Notes: generated by a model not told the origin, from the letters alone. Positions 36,007-45,396 are shown, counted from the first letter of the stretch. The stretch: DNA of 64,000 bases from Candidatus Anstonellales archaeon (GCA_038890615.1 JAWAFI010000001.1:194611-258610); one strand, 5' to 3'. A program made the numbers and translations.

Positions 36007-36902
36007 ATGATACCACCCGGAATGCTGGGGCCTAAGGTCCATTCTACTACCACTACCAATGATACAATAGCCCCAATCAAAGGCACTATCAGAAAGTATA
36101 CAAGCTCGGCGCTTATTGCCCTGTTGACTGCCTGCACTGCGTAAAGTATGTCTTCCACAAATCTCCCTTGGCTAAGCTGGTCAAGCTTTTCTGCAACTGC
36201 ATAGTTGCTGTTTATCTGGGCAACAGGAGGGGAGCTGTAAAGCGGGTTTTCAAGCACAGACGATACTGCCTGCTTGGCATCAGAAATCACTTCATCAGGA
36301 AACTGGACCATTAGGAAGATTGCTGGAAAAAGCAGGAAGAAGGAGAAGGAGAATGCAACAAGGAAGTTTCCAGCCCTTCTTGTGATGAAGAAAGCGCGCA
36401 GCAAAAGGCCAAGGGGCAGAAGGAAGGAAAAGGCAGCTGCCTCTATTAGCTCGGAGAAAGAATGCGCCAACCCGATCATTGCTGTGCTTAAGAGAAGGAG
36501 GTTAAGCTGTATTGAAATGAGGCCTGCAAGGTGGGAAAGGTTGGCAAGCGGGGCTATTGTTACCTGCGAAAAGTCAAGCACAAGCGATTGGTAATAGCCA
36601 ACAAGCATTGAAAGCTGGGAATGGAGGTCAATGAGCTCAGTTGTTTCTTGCGCAATTCCGGTAAGGTAGCATGGGATAATCCCTATGCCCCCCCTTTCAC
36701 AGCCCTGGAGGGTTACGATGCTCAACGAAAGGGCTTCGATTAGGGCAAATGAGCCAACTATTGCTGCATTGATCACTGCCTGGAAAAGCTCATCTTTACC
36801 CATAAGGGAAAGCCTTGTGATGCCAAATGCAGTGCCTATGCCGAGGAGCATCCCTCCTAAAACTACAGTTATGCCAACAGCAGCTGCTGCAAGCTCAAGC
36901 AT
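36003..36902 (-). CDS. Polytopic membrane protein (VirB6/CedA-like)
   Basis: About 6 TM helices; GKDELFQAVINA and LLPLGLLLRAFFITRRAGNFL motifs. Confidence 0.65.
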   Translation of the reverse strand: MLELAAAAVGITVVLGGMLLGIGTAFGITRLSLMGKDELFQAVINAAIVGSFALIEALSLSIVTLQGCERGGIGIIPCYLTGIAQETTELIDLHSQLSMLVGYYQSLVLDFSQVTIAPLANLSHLAGLISIQLNLLLLSTAMIGLAHSFSELIEAAAFSFLLPLGLLLRAFFITRRAGNFLVAFSFSFFLLFPAIFLMVQFPDEVISDAKQAVSSVLENPLYSSPPVAQINSNYAVAEKLDQLSQGRFVEDILYAVQAVNRAISAELVYFLIVPLIGAIVSLVVVVEWTLGPSIPGGII

Positions 36903-36906
36903 AGCC

Positions 36907-37164
36907 CTAAGCCGGCTTAAGCAACCCTGATGAGACCTGCACTATTATGTCTGATGCCCCTGCTATTGCGGCTATTATGACTCCGCCTATAAACATGCCT
37001 ATGGCTGTTGACTGCCATCTGCCCCTTACTTCTGCAGGCTGTGTGGCGCTTAGGCCATAGATAATCCCTGCAAGGACAATCAGGAGGACTCCGACCATTG
37101 GGGCGATCTCTTTGAGGCCGCTGTACATGTCCGTAAGGACCTGCTGTAATTGAATCGCAAACAC
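36907..37164 (-). CDS. VirB2/TrbC-like two-helix pilin
   Basis: 85 aa; two hydrophobic helices separated by the short charged loop QPAEVRGRWQS; GTG start. Confidence 0.65.
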   Translation of the reverse strand: MFAIQLQQVLTDMYSGLKEIAPMVGVLLIVLAGIIYGLSATQPAEVRGRWQSTAIGMFIGGVIIAAIAGASDIIVQVSSGLLKPA

Positions 37165-37266
37165 GATATTATATGCTTTGACAATTTATAAAACTTATGC
37201 TTAGGGAGTTAGGCGCAGCCCTTACAATTGGAATAGAGTTTAAATACTCTATGGTGAAAACCCAAT

Positions 37267-38484
37267 ATGGCAGATACAAAATCAGTTTATGTTATTGCAG
37301 CAGTGCTGCTGGTGCTGGCAGCAGCAGTGGCATTCGTGCTTATGCAGAAGCCAGTGATGCAAGTGCCCCTCAACAAGCAGTTTGATTTGCGGGAAGGGGA
37401 AACAATGAAAATAGAAGGAGCAATTGAAGTGAAATTCATAAGGATAGTTTCTGATTCCAGATGCCCGGCAGGGGTTAAGTGCGTATGGGCAGGGGAGGCA
37501 GTGGCAGAGATAGAGGCAAAGAACGGGAGCGAAAGCTATGGGCTTTACAACCTCTCTTCCCTTTACCCAGAGAAGGGCGCTGTAAGCGTAAAGGGGTTCA
37601 CGATAAGGATGCTCAAGGTTGAGCCGCAGAAAGAGCAAGGCGAAAAGCCATTGGATTATGTAGTAACATTTGTTGTTACCAAGGAGAATGTCAGCGATTT
37701 TGAGAGCTGCGCAGCTGCTGGCTATCCCATAATGGAATCCTACCCAAGGCAGTGCAGGGCTTCTGATGGGCGGCTTTTTGTTGAGCAGGTTGCGCCCCTT
37801 TGCATGGAAAACTCTGATTGCGCAACCGGCTTCTGCAAGGAAGGGGTTTGCTCAACCTTCCAGCCATCCTTTTCGTGCTCTGCTGATTCTGACTGCATCT
37901 TAATAAACCAAGAGAACAAGCTCGGGTGCTGCTGGGCTGGATACTGCGATGCCATAGATTATTCAAAGGAGGAGTGGATAGCAGTGAATAAGCAGTGGTT
38001 CAGCTCTGAAAGGGAGCTTTACTGCCCTCCAGAAGAGGAATGCGGGCCTTCGCCAGAATGCCCAACAGTGGTGGTCAACAGCAGCTATGAAGCAAAATGC
38101 ATTGAAGGGGTTTGCGAAAAGGCGCAGGTTTTGCCTTATGATGTGGAGGCAAGTATAGGAAATGAATTTTCGCTCAGGATAGGCGAGGCAGCCCTTATAA
38201 AAGGGCATGGGATTTATATAAAGGTTGGGGATGTTGCTGCTGATTCTAGGTGCCCAGAAGGAGTGCAGTGCGTATGGGCAGGGGAGGCAGTTGTGATAGT
38301 TGAGGCCTACAAAGGAAGTGTTTTGCTAGGGGTGTTCAATCTCTCAACGCTCGACCAAACCAAAAGAGCAGGTGGGTTTGGAAGCTACTCTGTGGAGCTT
38401 GTAAAGGTTGAGCCTGCAAAGCAAGCCGGGAAGAACATAGCAAAGGAAGACTACATAATAAAGCTAAGCGTCTCTAGGGCATAA
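37267..38484 (+). CDS. Cys-rich surface protein with a duplicated domain
   Basis: N-terminal TM; two DSRCPxGVxCVWAGEA domains flanking FESCAAAGYPIMESYPRQC and Cys-rich modules. Confidence 0.85.
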   Translation: MADTKSVYVIAAVLLVLAAAVAFVLMQKPVMQVPLNKQFDLREGETMKIEGAIEVKFIRIVSDSRCPAGVKCVWAGEAVAEIEAKNGSESYGLYNLSSLYPEKGAVSVKGFTIRMLKVEPQKEQGEKPLDYVVTFVVTKENVSDFESCAAAGYPIMESYPRQCRASDGRLFVEQVAPLCMENSDCATGFCKEGVCSTFQPSFSCSADSDCILINQENKLGCCWAGYCDAIDYSKEEWIAVNKQWFSSERELYCPPEEECGPSPECPTVVVNSSYEAKCIEGVCEKAQVLPYDVEASIGNEFSLRIGEAALIKGHGIYIKVGDVAADSRCPEGVQCVWAGEAVVIVEAYKGSVLLGVFNLSTLDQTKRAGGFGSYSVELVKVEPAKQAGKNIAKEDYIIKLSVSRA

Positions 38485-38980
38485 GCTTTTTTGACTCTGA
38501 AAGGAGGAAATCAAGGCATTCCTCCTTCTTCCCTTTTTTCCTGTTCCACTTGCGCACTATTGCCTTGTATGCATTTGTTCTCTGCTTGATGAGGTTAGGG
38601 CTTATGCCCATCCCTTTGAGCTTGAAGAGGATGCGCGGAAGCAATGGGCAAAGCGCCCTTGGGTGCATGCTTCCATCTGACCTATAGGGGTAAGCCCTGC
38701 ACACAAGAGGGGCAAAGCTGTGTATCATGCAGGTTGTTCCTTTTAAGAATATGCAGGGGTTTGACTTAAGGGCAAGCACGTGCTCATGCATCTGCCCCTT
38801 TTCATAGCACTCAAGCACTGTGTCGTTGTCAAAGGAAAGGAGGCGAAGTGGGACTATTTCGGCAAATGATTCTGGCCTCTTTTTGGCTTTCTGGGCAATC
38901 TCAAGCACATCAAAAGAAGTAACTGTAATAGTATAGGTTGAGCAGCAGAGGGCCTTGCAAAGGGAACATATGCTTGGCAT
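38474..38980 (-). CDS. YkgJ-family Cys-cluster (Fe-S/Zn) protein
   Basis: CSLCKALCC, CIFL...CMIH..APLVCRAYPY. Confidence 0.85.
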   Translation of the reverse strand: MPSICSLCKALCCSTYTITVTSFDVLEIAQKAKKRPESFAEIVPLRLLSFDNDTVLECYEKGQMHEHVLALKSNPCIFLKGTTCMIHSFAPLVCRAYPYRSDGSMHPRALCPLLPRILFKLKGMGISPNLIKQRTNAYKAIVRKWNRKKGKKEECLDFLLSESKKLMP

Positions 38981-39030
38981 TTTACCTATTCACCTAATAT
39001 GCTTTTTAATTGTTATGCGTATCTCTATCC

Positions 39031-39966
39031 ATGATCTCGCTCATCCCTTTCCTGCTTTCGCTGGCCCTCTCGCTTCTCATCTACCCTAGCGCAATAAGGG
39101 CCTTAGAAGAGAGGAAGTTCGTTGGCTTGGATGTACACAGCAAGCGCTATATACCGGAGGCAGGAGGGATAGTTGTGGTAGTCTGCTTCCTTATCTTTTC
39201 CCTCCTTTCAATGGTTTTCTTTGAAGTGAATGAAACTGCTTACCTTTCAGCAGTGCTTACCATATTGTTCATGTCATTTATAGGGCTTGTTGACAACCTT
39301 ATGAGCATAAGGCAGTGGCAGAAGATGCTTATACCTCTTATAGCAGCGCTCCCGCTTGTGGTGCTGAAAGAAGGGGTTACAACCATGGCCCTGCCATTCA
39401 TAGGGGCTGTTGACTTTGGGATTTTCTACACATTCCTGCTGATACCTGTGGGGGTGTCTGTTGCCTCAAACCTAAGCAATATGCTTGCCGGCTACAATGG
39501 CCTTGAGACTGGAGTTGGGCTTGTGATACTGCTCGCCCTTATGCTTTTCTGCTACATCAATGGATATACAGAAGGAGTGCTCATAGCAGGGGCCTTGGCA
39601 GGAGCCCAGCTCTCGCTTTTCATATTCAACATCTACCCTGCAAGAGTATTCCCGGGCGATGTAGGCACGCTTACAGTGGGCGCTGCTGCTGCCTCTCTCT
39701 CAATCATAGGCAACTTTGAGGGATTTGCAGCTATGCTTTTCATACCGCATGCTGTTGACTTCTTCATAAAGGCAGCAAACAAATTTCCTCATAGCATAAT
39801 GCAGGATGAAGTCAAAGATGGAATAATAGTGCCGAAGAAGGTCTATGGTTTCACGCAGCTTGCGCTTAAGCTGAAGCCAATGACAGAAAGGCAGCTTGCC
39901 TATGCTTTTATTGCAATGGAAATCATTGTAGCTCTGGCAGCTTTCGCAGTGTATTTAAAACCGTAA
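39031..39966 (+). CDS. aglH: UDP-GlcNAc:dolichyl-phosphate GlcNAc-1-phosphate transferase (MraY/GPT family)
   Basis: IPEAGG, IGLVDN, NMLAGYNGLE, YPARVFPGDVGT. Confidence 0.85.
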   Translation: MISLIPFLLSLALSLLIYPSAIRALEERKFVGLDVHSKRYIPEAGGIVVVVCFLIFSLLSMVFFEVNETAYLSAVLTILFMSFIGLVDNLMSIRQWQKMLIPLIAALPLVVLKEGVTTMALPFIGAVDFGIFYTFLLIPVGVSVASNLSNMLAGYNGLETGVGLVILLALMLFCYINGYTEGVLIAGALAGAQLSLFIFNIYPARVFPGDVGTLTVGAAAASLSIIGNFEGFAAMLFIPHAVDFFIKAANKFPHSIMQDEVKDGIIVPKKVYGFTQLALKLKPMTERQLAYAFIAMEIIVALAAFAVYLKP

Positions 39967-39999
39967 CACTTTTTAATAACTTATACAACAAAATTAAAT

Positions 40000-40851
40000 A
40001 TGGGAGCATGGGATTTAAAGGATGTTATTGAAAGGCTTGCTGGGGTTTCTCAGCTATACCCCCCTATAGAGATATTCCAAAATACAGAGGATGATGTACG
40101 TGGTGTAATCAAAAGGATGCTGAAAAAGGGGAAAATGCTTGAGGAGAAAGAAGGGGAATTGGTAAATTGGCTTAAAACTATGATTCCAGAAATAGGAAAA
40201 AGGCTTAGCCTAATCTTTTACGGAAGGGCTGTCTATGGCTGTGGTAAGCAGCCACCTCTTACTGATATTGATGTGCTTGTGGAGATAAAGGATGACAGCG
40301 CCTTAAAGGAAATTAAGATAATGGAGGCAGTGAATTTCCCCCACAAGCCAATCTTCCTCCATGTAAATACAATAGAGAAGATAAAATGTAATCATAAAGC
40401 AGAAGAGCTGGCTTTAAGCTGGAGAAAGCTCTGCTTTGCCAACACGCTTTTGCTAGCCTGCGAAGACCCAGGCCATTGCTTATTAGGATTCATTGAGAAA
40501 TCCAGAAAGGCGCTCATGGAAAGCCCATTCTTTAATGGGGGGATTGGTGAATTAATAACATACGCTGCTTACAAAGTAGTATACCTAAAGGAGAAGGAAT
40601 TTTTCAGCAAGGGATTTGACACTAATGAAGTATTCTTTAAGAGCATTAAAACGCCTTATATAGACATTGATATGTGCTATGACCTTTTAATGCACAACAA
40701 AGAAGTAAGGGAGGAGCTTGCCAACAGGTTTGAAGAAGAGGAAATAAAAGAGATAACTTCTGCTGCACTAAGAAGGATAGGGGTAAAGAAGGAACTTAGA
40801 GAAGGGATTAAGAGTAAGTTTGTGGAAGAGATAAGGAAGCTAAAGAAGTGA
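40000..40851 (+). CDS. Nucleotidyltransferase-domain (MNT-like) protein
   Basis: IFYGRAVYG...TDIDVLV; AT-richer than flanks; ends 1 bp from the tRNA-Val 3' end. Confidence 0.6.
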   Translation: MGAWDLKDVIERLAGVSQLYPPIEIFQNTEDDVRGVIKRMLKKGKMLEEKEGELVNWLKTMIPEIGKRLSLIFYGRAVYGCGKQPPLTDIDVLVEIKDDSALKEIKIMEAVNFPHKPIFLHVNTIEKIKCNHKAEELALSWRKLCFANTLLLACEDPGHCLLGFIEKSRKALMESPFFNGGIGELITYAAYKVVYLKEKEFFSKGFDTNEVFFKSIKTPYIDIDMCYDLLMHNKEVREELANRFEEEEIKEITSAALRRIGVKKELREGIKSKFVEEIRKLKK

Positions 40852-40852
40852 G

Positions 40853-40925
40853 TGGGCCCGCCCGGATTCGAACCGGGAACCTCCACTGTGTGAGAGTGGC
40901 GTCATAGCCATTGGACCACGGGCCC
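40853..40925 (-). tRNA. tRNA-Val(CAC)
   Basis: GGGCCCG acceptor stem, CCACT-CTCACAC-AGTGG anticodon arm, GGTTCGAATCC. Confidence 0.95.
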
Positions 40926-40932
40926 TGTACCT

Positions 40933-41481
40933 TTATGGCCTTCCCGGAGGCAGTGACGGCTTTGAGAAAAGGAAATACTTCTCTTGGCCCTTCAACTCAT
41001 TTATTATCCTGTCTGTAAAGGACTTTACAGGGTCTATGCCATGCACCCTTGCCCTTATGTCTTCAAAACTTTCGAAAGGCTTTGAATCCCTTTCCTTAAG
41101 TATGTGCTCCACATGCTTCTTGCCTATTCCTGGGAGCAATTCAAGCTGGTGCACCCTTGCTGTTATTGAGCCAGCGCGGTTGAAGAAGTCAACAAACTCT
41201 TTCTCCCTTGACTCTATAACCTTCTTCACAATGATCTCCATGTTATCTTTTGCAGAAGAGCTTAGCTCGCTGTATTCCATCTTCTTCTTTATCTTTGTAA
41301 TCTCATCCCTCTTGTCCTTCCCAACATAAACCCTCTTGCCAATAGGCAGGAAAACATCGCTTCTTGAGGTTGCCAGAAGAAGTGTAAAGAACTTCTCCCC
41401 AATAAGCTGGACAAGGGCCTCGCTCTCCTTCTGGTATGCCCTCTGCGGGATAAAGTCAATTACATAAGCATAATCTTCCAT
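40933..41481 (-). CDS. DUF655 putative RNA-binding protein
   Basis: GEKFFTLL, FFNRAGSITARVHQLELLPGIGKK HhH; conserved rpl21e-rpoF-DUF655 order. Confidence 0.9.
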   Translation of the reverse strand: MEDYAYVIDFIPQRAYQKESEALVQLIGEKFFTLLLATSRSDVFLPIGKRVYVGKDKRDEITKIKKKMEYSELSSSAKDNMEIIVKKVIESREKEFVDFFNRAGSITARVHQLELLPGIGKKHVEHILKERDSKPFESFEDIRARVHGIDPVKSFTDRIINELKGQEKYFLFSKPSLPPGRP

Positions 41482-41485
41482 GGTC

Positions 41486-41788
41486 TCACTTCGCTGTTAT
41501 TGCAAGAATGGCCTTTACCTGCTCATCGCTAAGGTCTGTTTTAGTTAAAGTGGCTATTGTCCTCACTATGTCTTGGTTCTTTGGCTTTATGTTTGCAAGT
41601 ACAACCGCAAGCTCCCTGTTGCCTACGATCTTCTCAAGCTGGCCTGCTGCCTTTTCATCAAGCTCAGCAAACTTTTTTGCGTAATCAAGTGTCTTAGCCT
41701 GCTCCCCTTCTAGGGTTTCCTCCCTTTTTTCCAATAGCTTCAGCACTGTATAAAGGGTTACTGCCTCTTTCTCCTTTACCTGCATCAC
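41486..41788 (-). CDS. rpoF: RNA polymerase subunit F (Rpo4)
   Basis: EQAKTLDYAKKF, LANIKP; synteny. Confidence 0.88.
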   Translation of the reverse strand: MMQVKEKEAVTLYTVLKLLEKREETLEGEQAKTLDYAKKFAELDEKAAGQLEKIVGNRELAVVLANIKPKNQDIVRTIATLTKTDLSDEQVKAILAITAK

Positions 41789-42060
41789 TTCACCTTCTTG
41801 AGATTCAAAGGCAACACTATGAGCTTCTTTGGCATTGAGAAGTCCATTACTTCAACTACATAAGCTTCCCCCCTTCTTTCCACTATTCTCCCTGCCTTTC
41901 CGTGGTACCTTGGCGCTGGGTTTGAGGTTGAGCTGGGGTCAAGCATGACCACCACCCTGTCCCCTACCGAGAACTCCTTTATGACCTTGGCAGGGGTAAC
42001 CTTCTTTTTCCTCCCTAGGCGCCTCGTCCTTTTGCTCAGTGTTCCCTTCGATCTCTTCAT
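41785..42060 (-). CDS. rpl21e: 50S ribosomal protein L21e
   Basis: KRSKG..KRTR, GDRV...DPS, RYHGKAG. Confidence 0.93.
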   Translation of the reverse strand: MKRSKGTLSKRTRRLGRKKKVTPAKVIKEFSVGDRVVVMLDPSSTSNPAPRYHGKAGRIVERRGEAYVVEVMDFSMPKKLIVLPLNLKKVK

Positions 42061-42110
42061 GGTTAGGATTTCTGCTATACCTTTTTAAATATTAACTCTT
42101 TAAAAAGAGC

Positions 42111-42668
42111 ATGGCCCAAAAGAAAGAGATCAAATACACAGTAACCAACATGGTTGCCACTGTTTTTTTAGGAATGGACCTTGACCTTTTTTCGATAGCC
42201 CAAAAGATAAAGGAGGTTGAGTATGAGCCAGAGCAGTTCCCAGGGGCTATCCTTAGGTTCAAGGATCCAAAGGCAACCTTCCTGCTTTTCAAGAATGGAA
42301 AATCAGTGTGTGTTGGCTGCAAGAACAGGACGCTCATAAAAAGGGCTGTTGAGAAAGCCACTTCACTCCTAAGAAAGCATGCAAGAAAGATACACAGGGT
42401 AAAGCCAAAGATAGTGATAACCAACATGGTTGCTTCTGCTGACATAAACCTTAAGGTGGACCTTTACAGGATTGCTTATGAGCTCAAGGAGGTTGAGTAC
42501 GAGCCAGAGCAGTTCCCAGGGGCTATAGTTAAATTCAGGGATCCCAAGGCATCCCTTCTGCTTTTCAAGAACGGAAGGGTTATATGCGCAGGAGCCAAGA
42601 CAAGGAAAGAGATAGAAGAGACTCTTGTTAAGGCAAGGGGCTTGCTGCAGAAGTATGAATCAAAGTAA
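42111..42668 (+). CDS. tbp: TATA-box binding protein
   Basis: Two NMVA...EYEPEQFPGAI..F.DPKA..LLFKNG repeats. Confidence 0.97.
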   Translation: MAQKKEIKYTVTNMVATVFLGMDLDLFSIAQKIKEVEYEPEQFPGAILRFKDPKATFLLFKNGKSVCVGCKNRTLIKRAVEKATSLLRKHARKIHRVKPKIVITNMVASADINLKVDLYRIAYELKEVEYEPEQFPGAIVKFRDPKASLLLFKNGRVICAGAKTRKEIEETLVKARGLLQKYESK

Positions 42669-42960
42669 AGTTAAGGAAGAGGTGCTTGAAAGGCTTTCAA
42701 AGGTAATTGATGCAGAGGTAGGCATAAGCATAGTTGATTTAGGCCTAATTTATGGGATTGAATACAGCGAGAAGCAGAACAAGGTGTTTGTCAAGTTTAC
42801 CCTTACAACCCCTGCCTGCCCCTTGGCCAATACTATAATAGAGGACATGAAGCGCGCTTTGGAAGACCTGCCTTATGATGTGGAGCTACACTTGGTTTGG
42901 GAGCCGATGTGGAACCCTAGCATGATAAGCGAGGAGGGGAAGCGCAGGTTAAGGATATAA
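42655..42960 (+). CDS. DUF59/MIP18 Fe-S assembly protein
   Basis: VIDAEVGISIVDLGLIY, TLTTPACPL, VWEPMW. Confidence 0.9.
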   Translation: MNQSKVKEEVLERLSKVIDAEVGISIVDLGLIYGIEYSEKQNKVFVKFTLTTPACPLANTIIEDMKRALEDLPYDVELHLVWEPMWNPSMISEEGKRRLRI

Positions 42961-42978
42961 AGGGCATTGCTGAATTGG

Positions 42979-43034
42979 AAGCGATGATGAGCTCGGTTTT
43001 CTGACCAGTGATGATAACCTGGAGCGCTGAACTT
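42979..43034 (+). ncRNA. C/D-box guide sRNA
   Basis: ATGATGA(42984)-GCTCGGTTTT-CTGA-cca-GTGATGA-TAACCTGGAGCG-CTGA(43030), intergenic. Confidence 0.88.
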
Positions 43035-44826
43035 AATGCCCTTCAAAGAACTTTCTTATCTCATAATCAGGGGCATCTGAAAGTATGAACCTCTGGTCCT
43101 TTGGAAGGAGCTTGAGGTAATTTTTCCACATAAGGCGCTCTTCCATGAAAACAGCAACAGCCCTGTCGCTCTCCTTCCTTATGGCCCTTCCTGCTGCCTG
43201 CAATGACTTTATAACCGCAGGATAGAGATAGGCGTAGTCCCAGCCCTTCCCAAATTTCTTGTTGTAGTATTCTATCATCAGCTCAACTTCCAGCGACATC
43301 TTGCTGAGCGGAAGCCCTACAATCACAGCAACCTTTATTTCTCCGTTGCTGAAATCAACCCCTTCGCTCAATGAACCACCTTGCACGCAGCAAAGAACGC
43401 TCTTCTCTTCCTTGAAGCGCTTTATAAGCTGCTTTACCTCCTCTGCGCCCATTGCCCTTTTCTGGACTATTGCGTTCGGGATTAAAGCATGCTTGAGCAC
43501 ACCTTCCATAACTTCGTATGAAGGGAAGAAAAGGGCTATGTTGCTCCCTATCGCCCTATGTATCTTCTCTATTAGGGAGGCATATTTTTTGTATTCGCTG
43601 TCGTTCCTCCTGCTGTATTTGGTTGTCACGCCGCGCACAACTACATTCAGACGGTTCTCTGCCTTGAAAGGCGAATTATATGCCCTCAGCATTGCCCTAT
43701 GCTTTTCAATGCCCAGTACCTCTGCATGCATATCCAGAGGCAGGAAGGTGCCGCTCATCAAAACAGCAGCATGCGCCTTGTTCAGTATGGCTGTACTTAT
43801 GGAAGGGTCAAGAAGCTTCCTGCTCAAGCTGAATCCCTTCTCTCTCCTTTTGAGAATAGTAGCAAACCTATTGTCCCCTTCGTTGAAATTTTCGAAAAAT
43901 GCAAACATGCGCAAGGAGGCGCTGTTGCCCCCACTTTTTTCTACTGACATCTGGCCTATGTGCTCAAGAAGGCCAAGGGCATCCTCATCAATAACAAAAG
44001 GGAATTCAGCAACGCTCTCGTTTCCCTTGCAGGTCTTTTCTGCCCAGCTGTCAAAACCCTCCTGGGAAAGCACAGGGTCAAAGCCGAGCATCTCTGCTTC
44101 CTTCTCGTGCCTTGCTATTGTGAAAGAGGTTATCGTGCGGGATAGCGTGCTCCTTATCCTTTCTGCTAGGTTGTGTGCCTCATCAACTATTATTATTCCT
44201 GACTCAATGTCCTTTCCGCTCCTGCCTAGGAAGGATTCCCTTATGCCTGGAAGGAAAATGTGGAAGTAATCAGCTATTATCACATCAGCATCTCGCGCAG
44301 CTGACATGAGCCACTCATAAGAGCAGGTGCGCTCTTTTTTTGCTTCCTCAAACGCCTCTGGCTGGCTCCACACAACCTTTATATGTCTGGAAAGCAATTC
44401 ATAAGCAAGCCTCTGTTCCTCGCTGGTGTAGCCCCTTGCCCTCCTGAAGTAATCGCATGTCTCCTCTTTTACCCTCAGCTTGCATATTGGGTAGAAGTCA
44501 TCATGCTCAAGCTTAGATATGAATGGGTCTGTGCAGCAGTGCCTCTTGCCTATTATGTCCACTGCCTTTATCCTCTTTCCGTATTTCTTGTTTATGCCGT
44601 CAACAACAGAAAGGGCTATTGCATGCTGTGATATTTTAGGGGTAAGGAAGAACAGCGTTTTGCCATTTTCGTAAGCGTATTCTATTGCGCCTCCTATTGA
44701 GGCATCTGTTTTCCCCATGCCTGTTGGGGCATGGGCAAGCAGTATTTTGCCATTTACTGCTGCATGTTCAACATCGCGAAGCAGCGAATCCTGGTGCTTC
44801 CTTATGTGCTCGTGCCTGAAAAGCAT
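43033..44826 (-). CDS. xpd: XPD/Rad3 Fe-S DNA helicase
   Basis: APTGMGKT, four Fe-S Cys, DEAH, SGT, EGVDF, QAAGRAIR. Confidence 0.92.
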   Translation of the reverse strand: MLFRHEHIRKHQDSLLRDVEHAAVNGKILLAHAPTGMGKTDASIGGAIEYAYENGKTLFFLTPKISQHAIALSVVDGINKKYGKRIKAVDIIGKRHCCTDPFISKLEHDDFYPICKLRVKEETCDYFRRARGYTSEEQRLAYELLSRHIKVVWSQPEAFEEAKKERTCSYEWLMSAARDADVIIADYFHIFLPGIRESFLGRSGKDIESGIIIVDEAHNLAERIRSTLSRTITSFTIARHEKEAEMLGFDPVLSQEGFDSWAEKTCKGNESVAEFPFVIDEDALGLLEHIGQMSVEKSGGNSASLRMFAFFENFNEGDNRFATILKRREKGFSLSRKLLDPSISTAILNKAHAAVLMSGTFLPLDMHAEVLGIEKHRAMLRAYNSPFKAENRLNVVVRGVTTKYSRRNDSEYKKYASLIEKIHRAIGSNIALFFPSYEVMEGVLKHALIPNAIVQKRAMGAEEVKQLIKRFKEEKSVLCCVQGGSLSEGVDFSNGEIKVAVIVGLPLSKMSLEVELMIEYYNKKFGKGWDYAYLYPAVIKSLQAAGRAIRKESDRAVAVFMEERLMWKNYLKLLPKDQRFILSDAPDYEIRKFFEGH

Positions 44827-44877
44827 TGGATATAAGCGGTGTACCAGCTTTTAAACCGTTGGGGGGCTAAAGCGCCG

Positions 44878-45396
44878 CTACTTGCTCAGCACCTTACCTA
44901 AGAGGTGGCCCAACAAGGTGAGAATAGGGCCTAGGATTATGCCAACTATTGCAACAAGAAGGGCCATTGCAGTGCCAAACCCTACTCCAATCATAGCCCC
45001 AATCCCTCCTACCAGCATGCCTACTGCCTTGTCATCAGATCCAAGGGTTGTTGATACCCCTCCCAATGCTGCGCCTATTATTGTAAGCAAGAATGTGCCT
45101 AAAAAGTGGAGTATTTCATATGGAATGCTTACAATAAAGCCTGCAATAAGGCTGTCTGTCCATGCAAAGCCAAGGTTGGTCTTTGCGTTGTAGCCCATCC
45201 ATATGTATACTGCTATTGTGATGAGCGCCATGATTCCGAGCCAAAGGAGGCTAAGGATCCCTCCAGCCACATTGATGACAGGTATTGCGCCCACAAAAGC
45301 GCCAATGATGCCAAGGACAAAGTTCACTATCAGAAGCACTACAAGAATCCCAAAAGGGAGCTTTATTGCATCCCCATATTTTCCAAACATAAGCAC
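44878..45396 (-). CDS. Gly-rich membrane protein, paralog of 45479-45928
   Basis: 4 TM helices; shares FxKY, VYIWMGxNAK..GFAWxD..IAG, L.L.GH.L with its neighbour. Confidence 0.8.
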   Translation of the reverse strand: MLMFGKYGDAIKLPFGILVVLLIVNFVLGIIGAFVGAIPVINVAGGILSLLWLGIMALITIAVYIWMGYNAKTNLGFAWTDSLIAGFIVSIPYEILHFLGTFLLTIIGAALGGVSTTLGSDDKAVGMLVGGIGAMIGVGFGTAMALLVAIVGIILGPILTLLGHLLGKVLSK

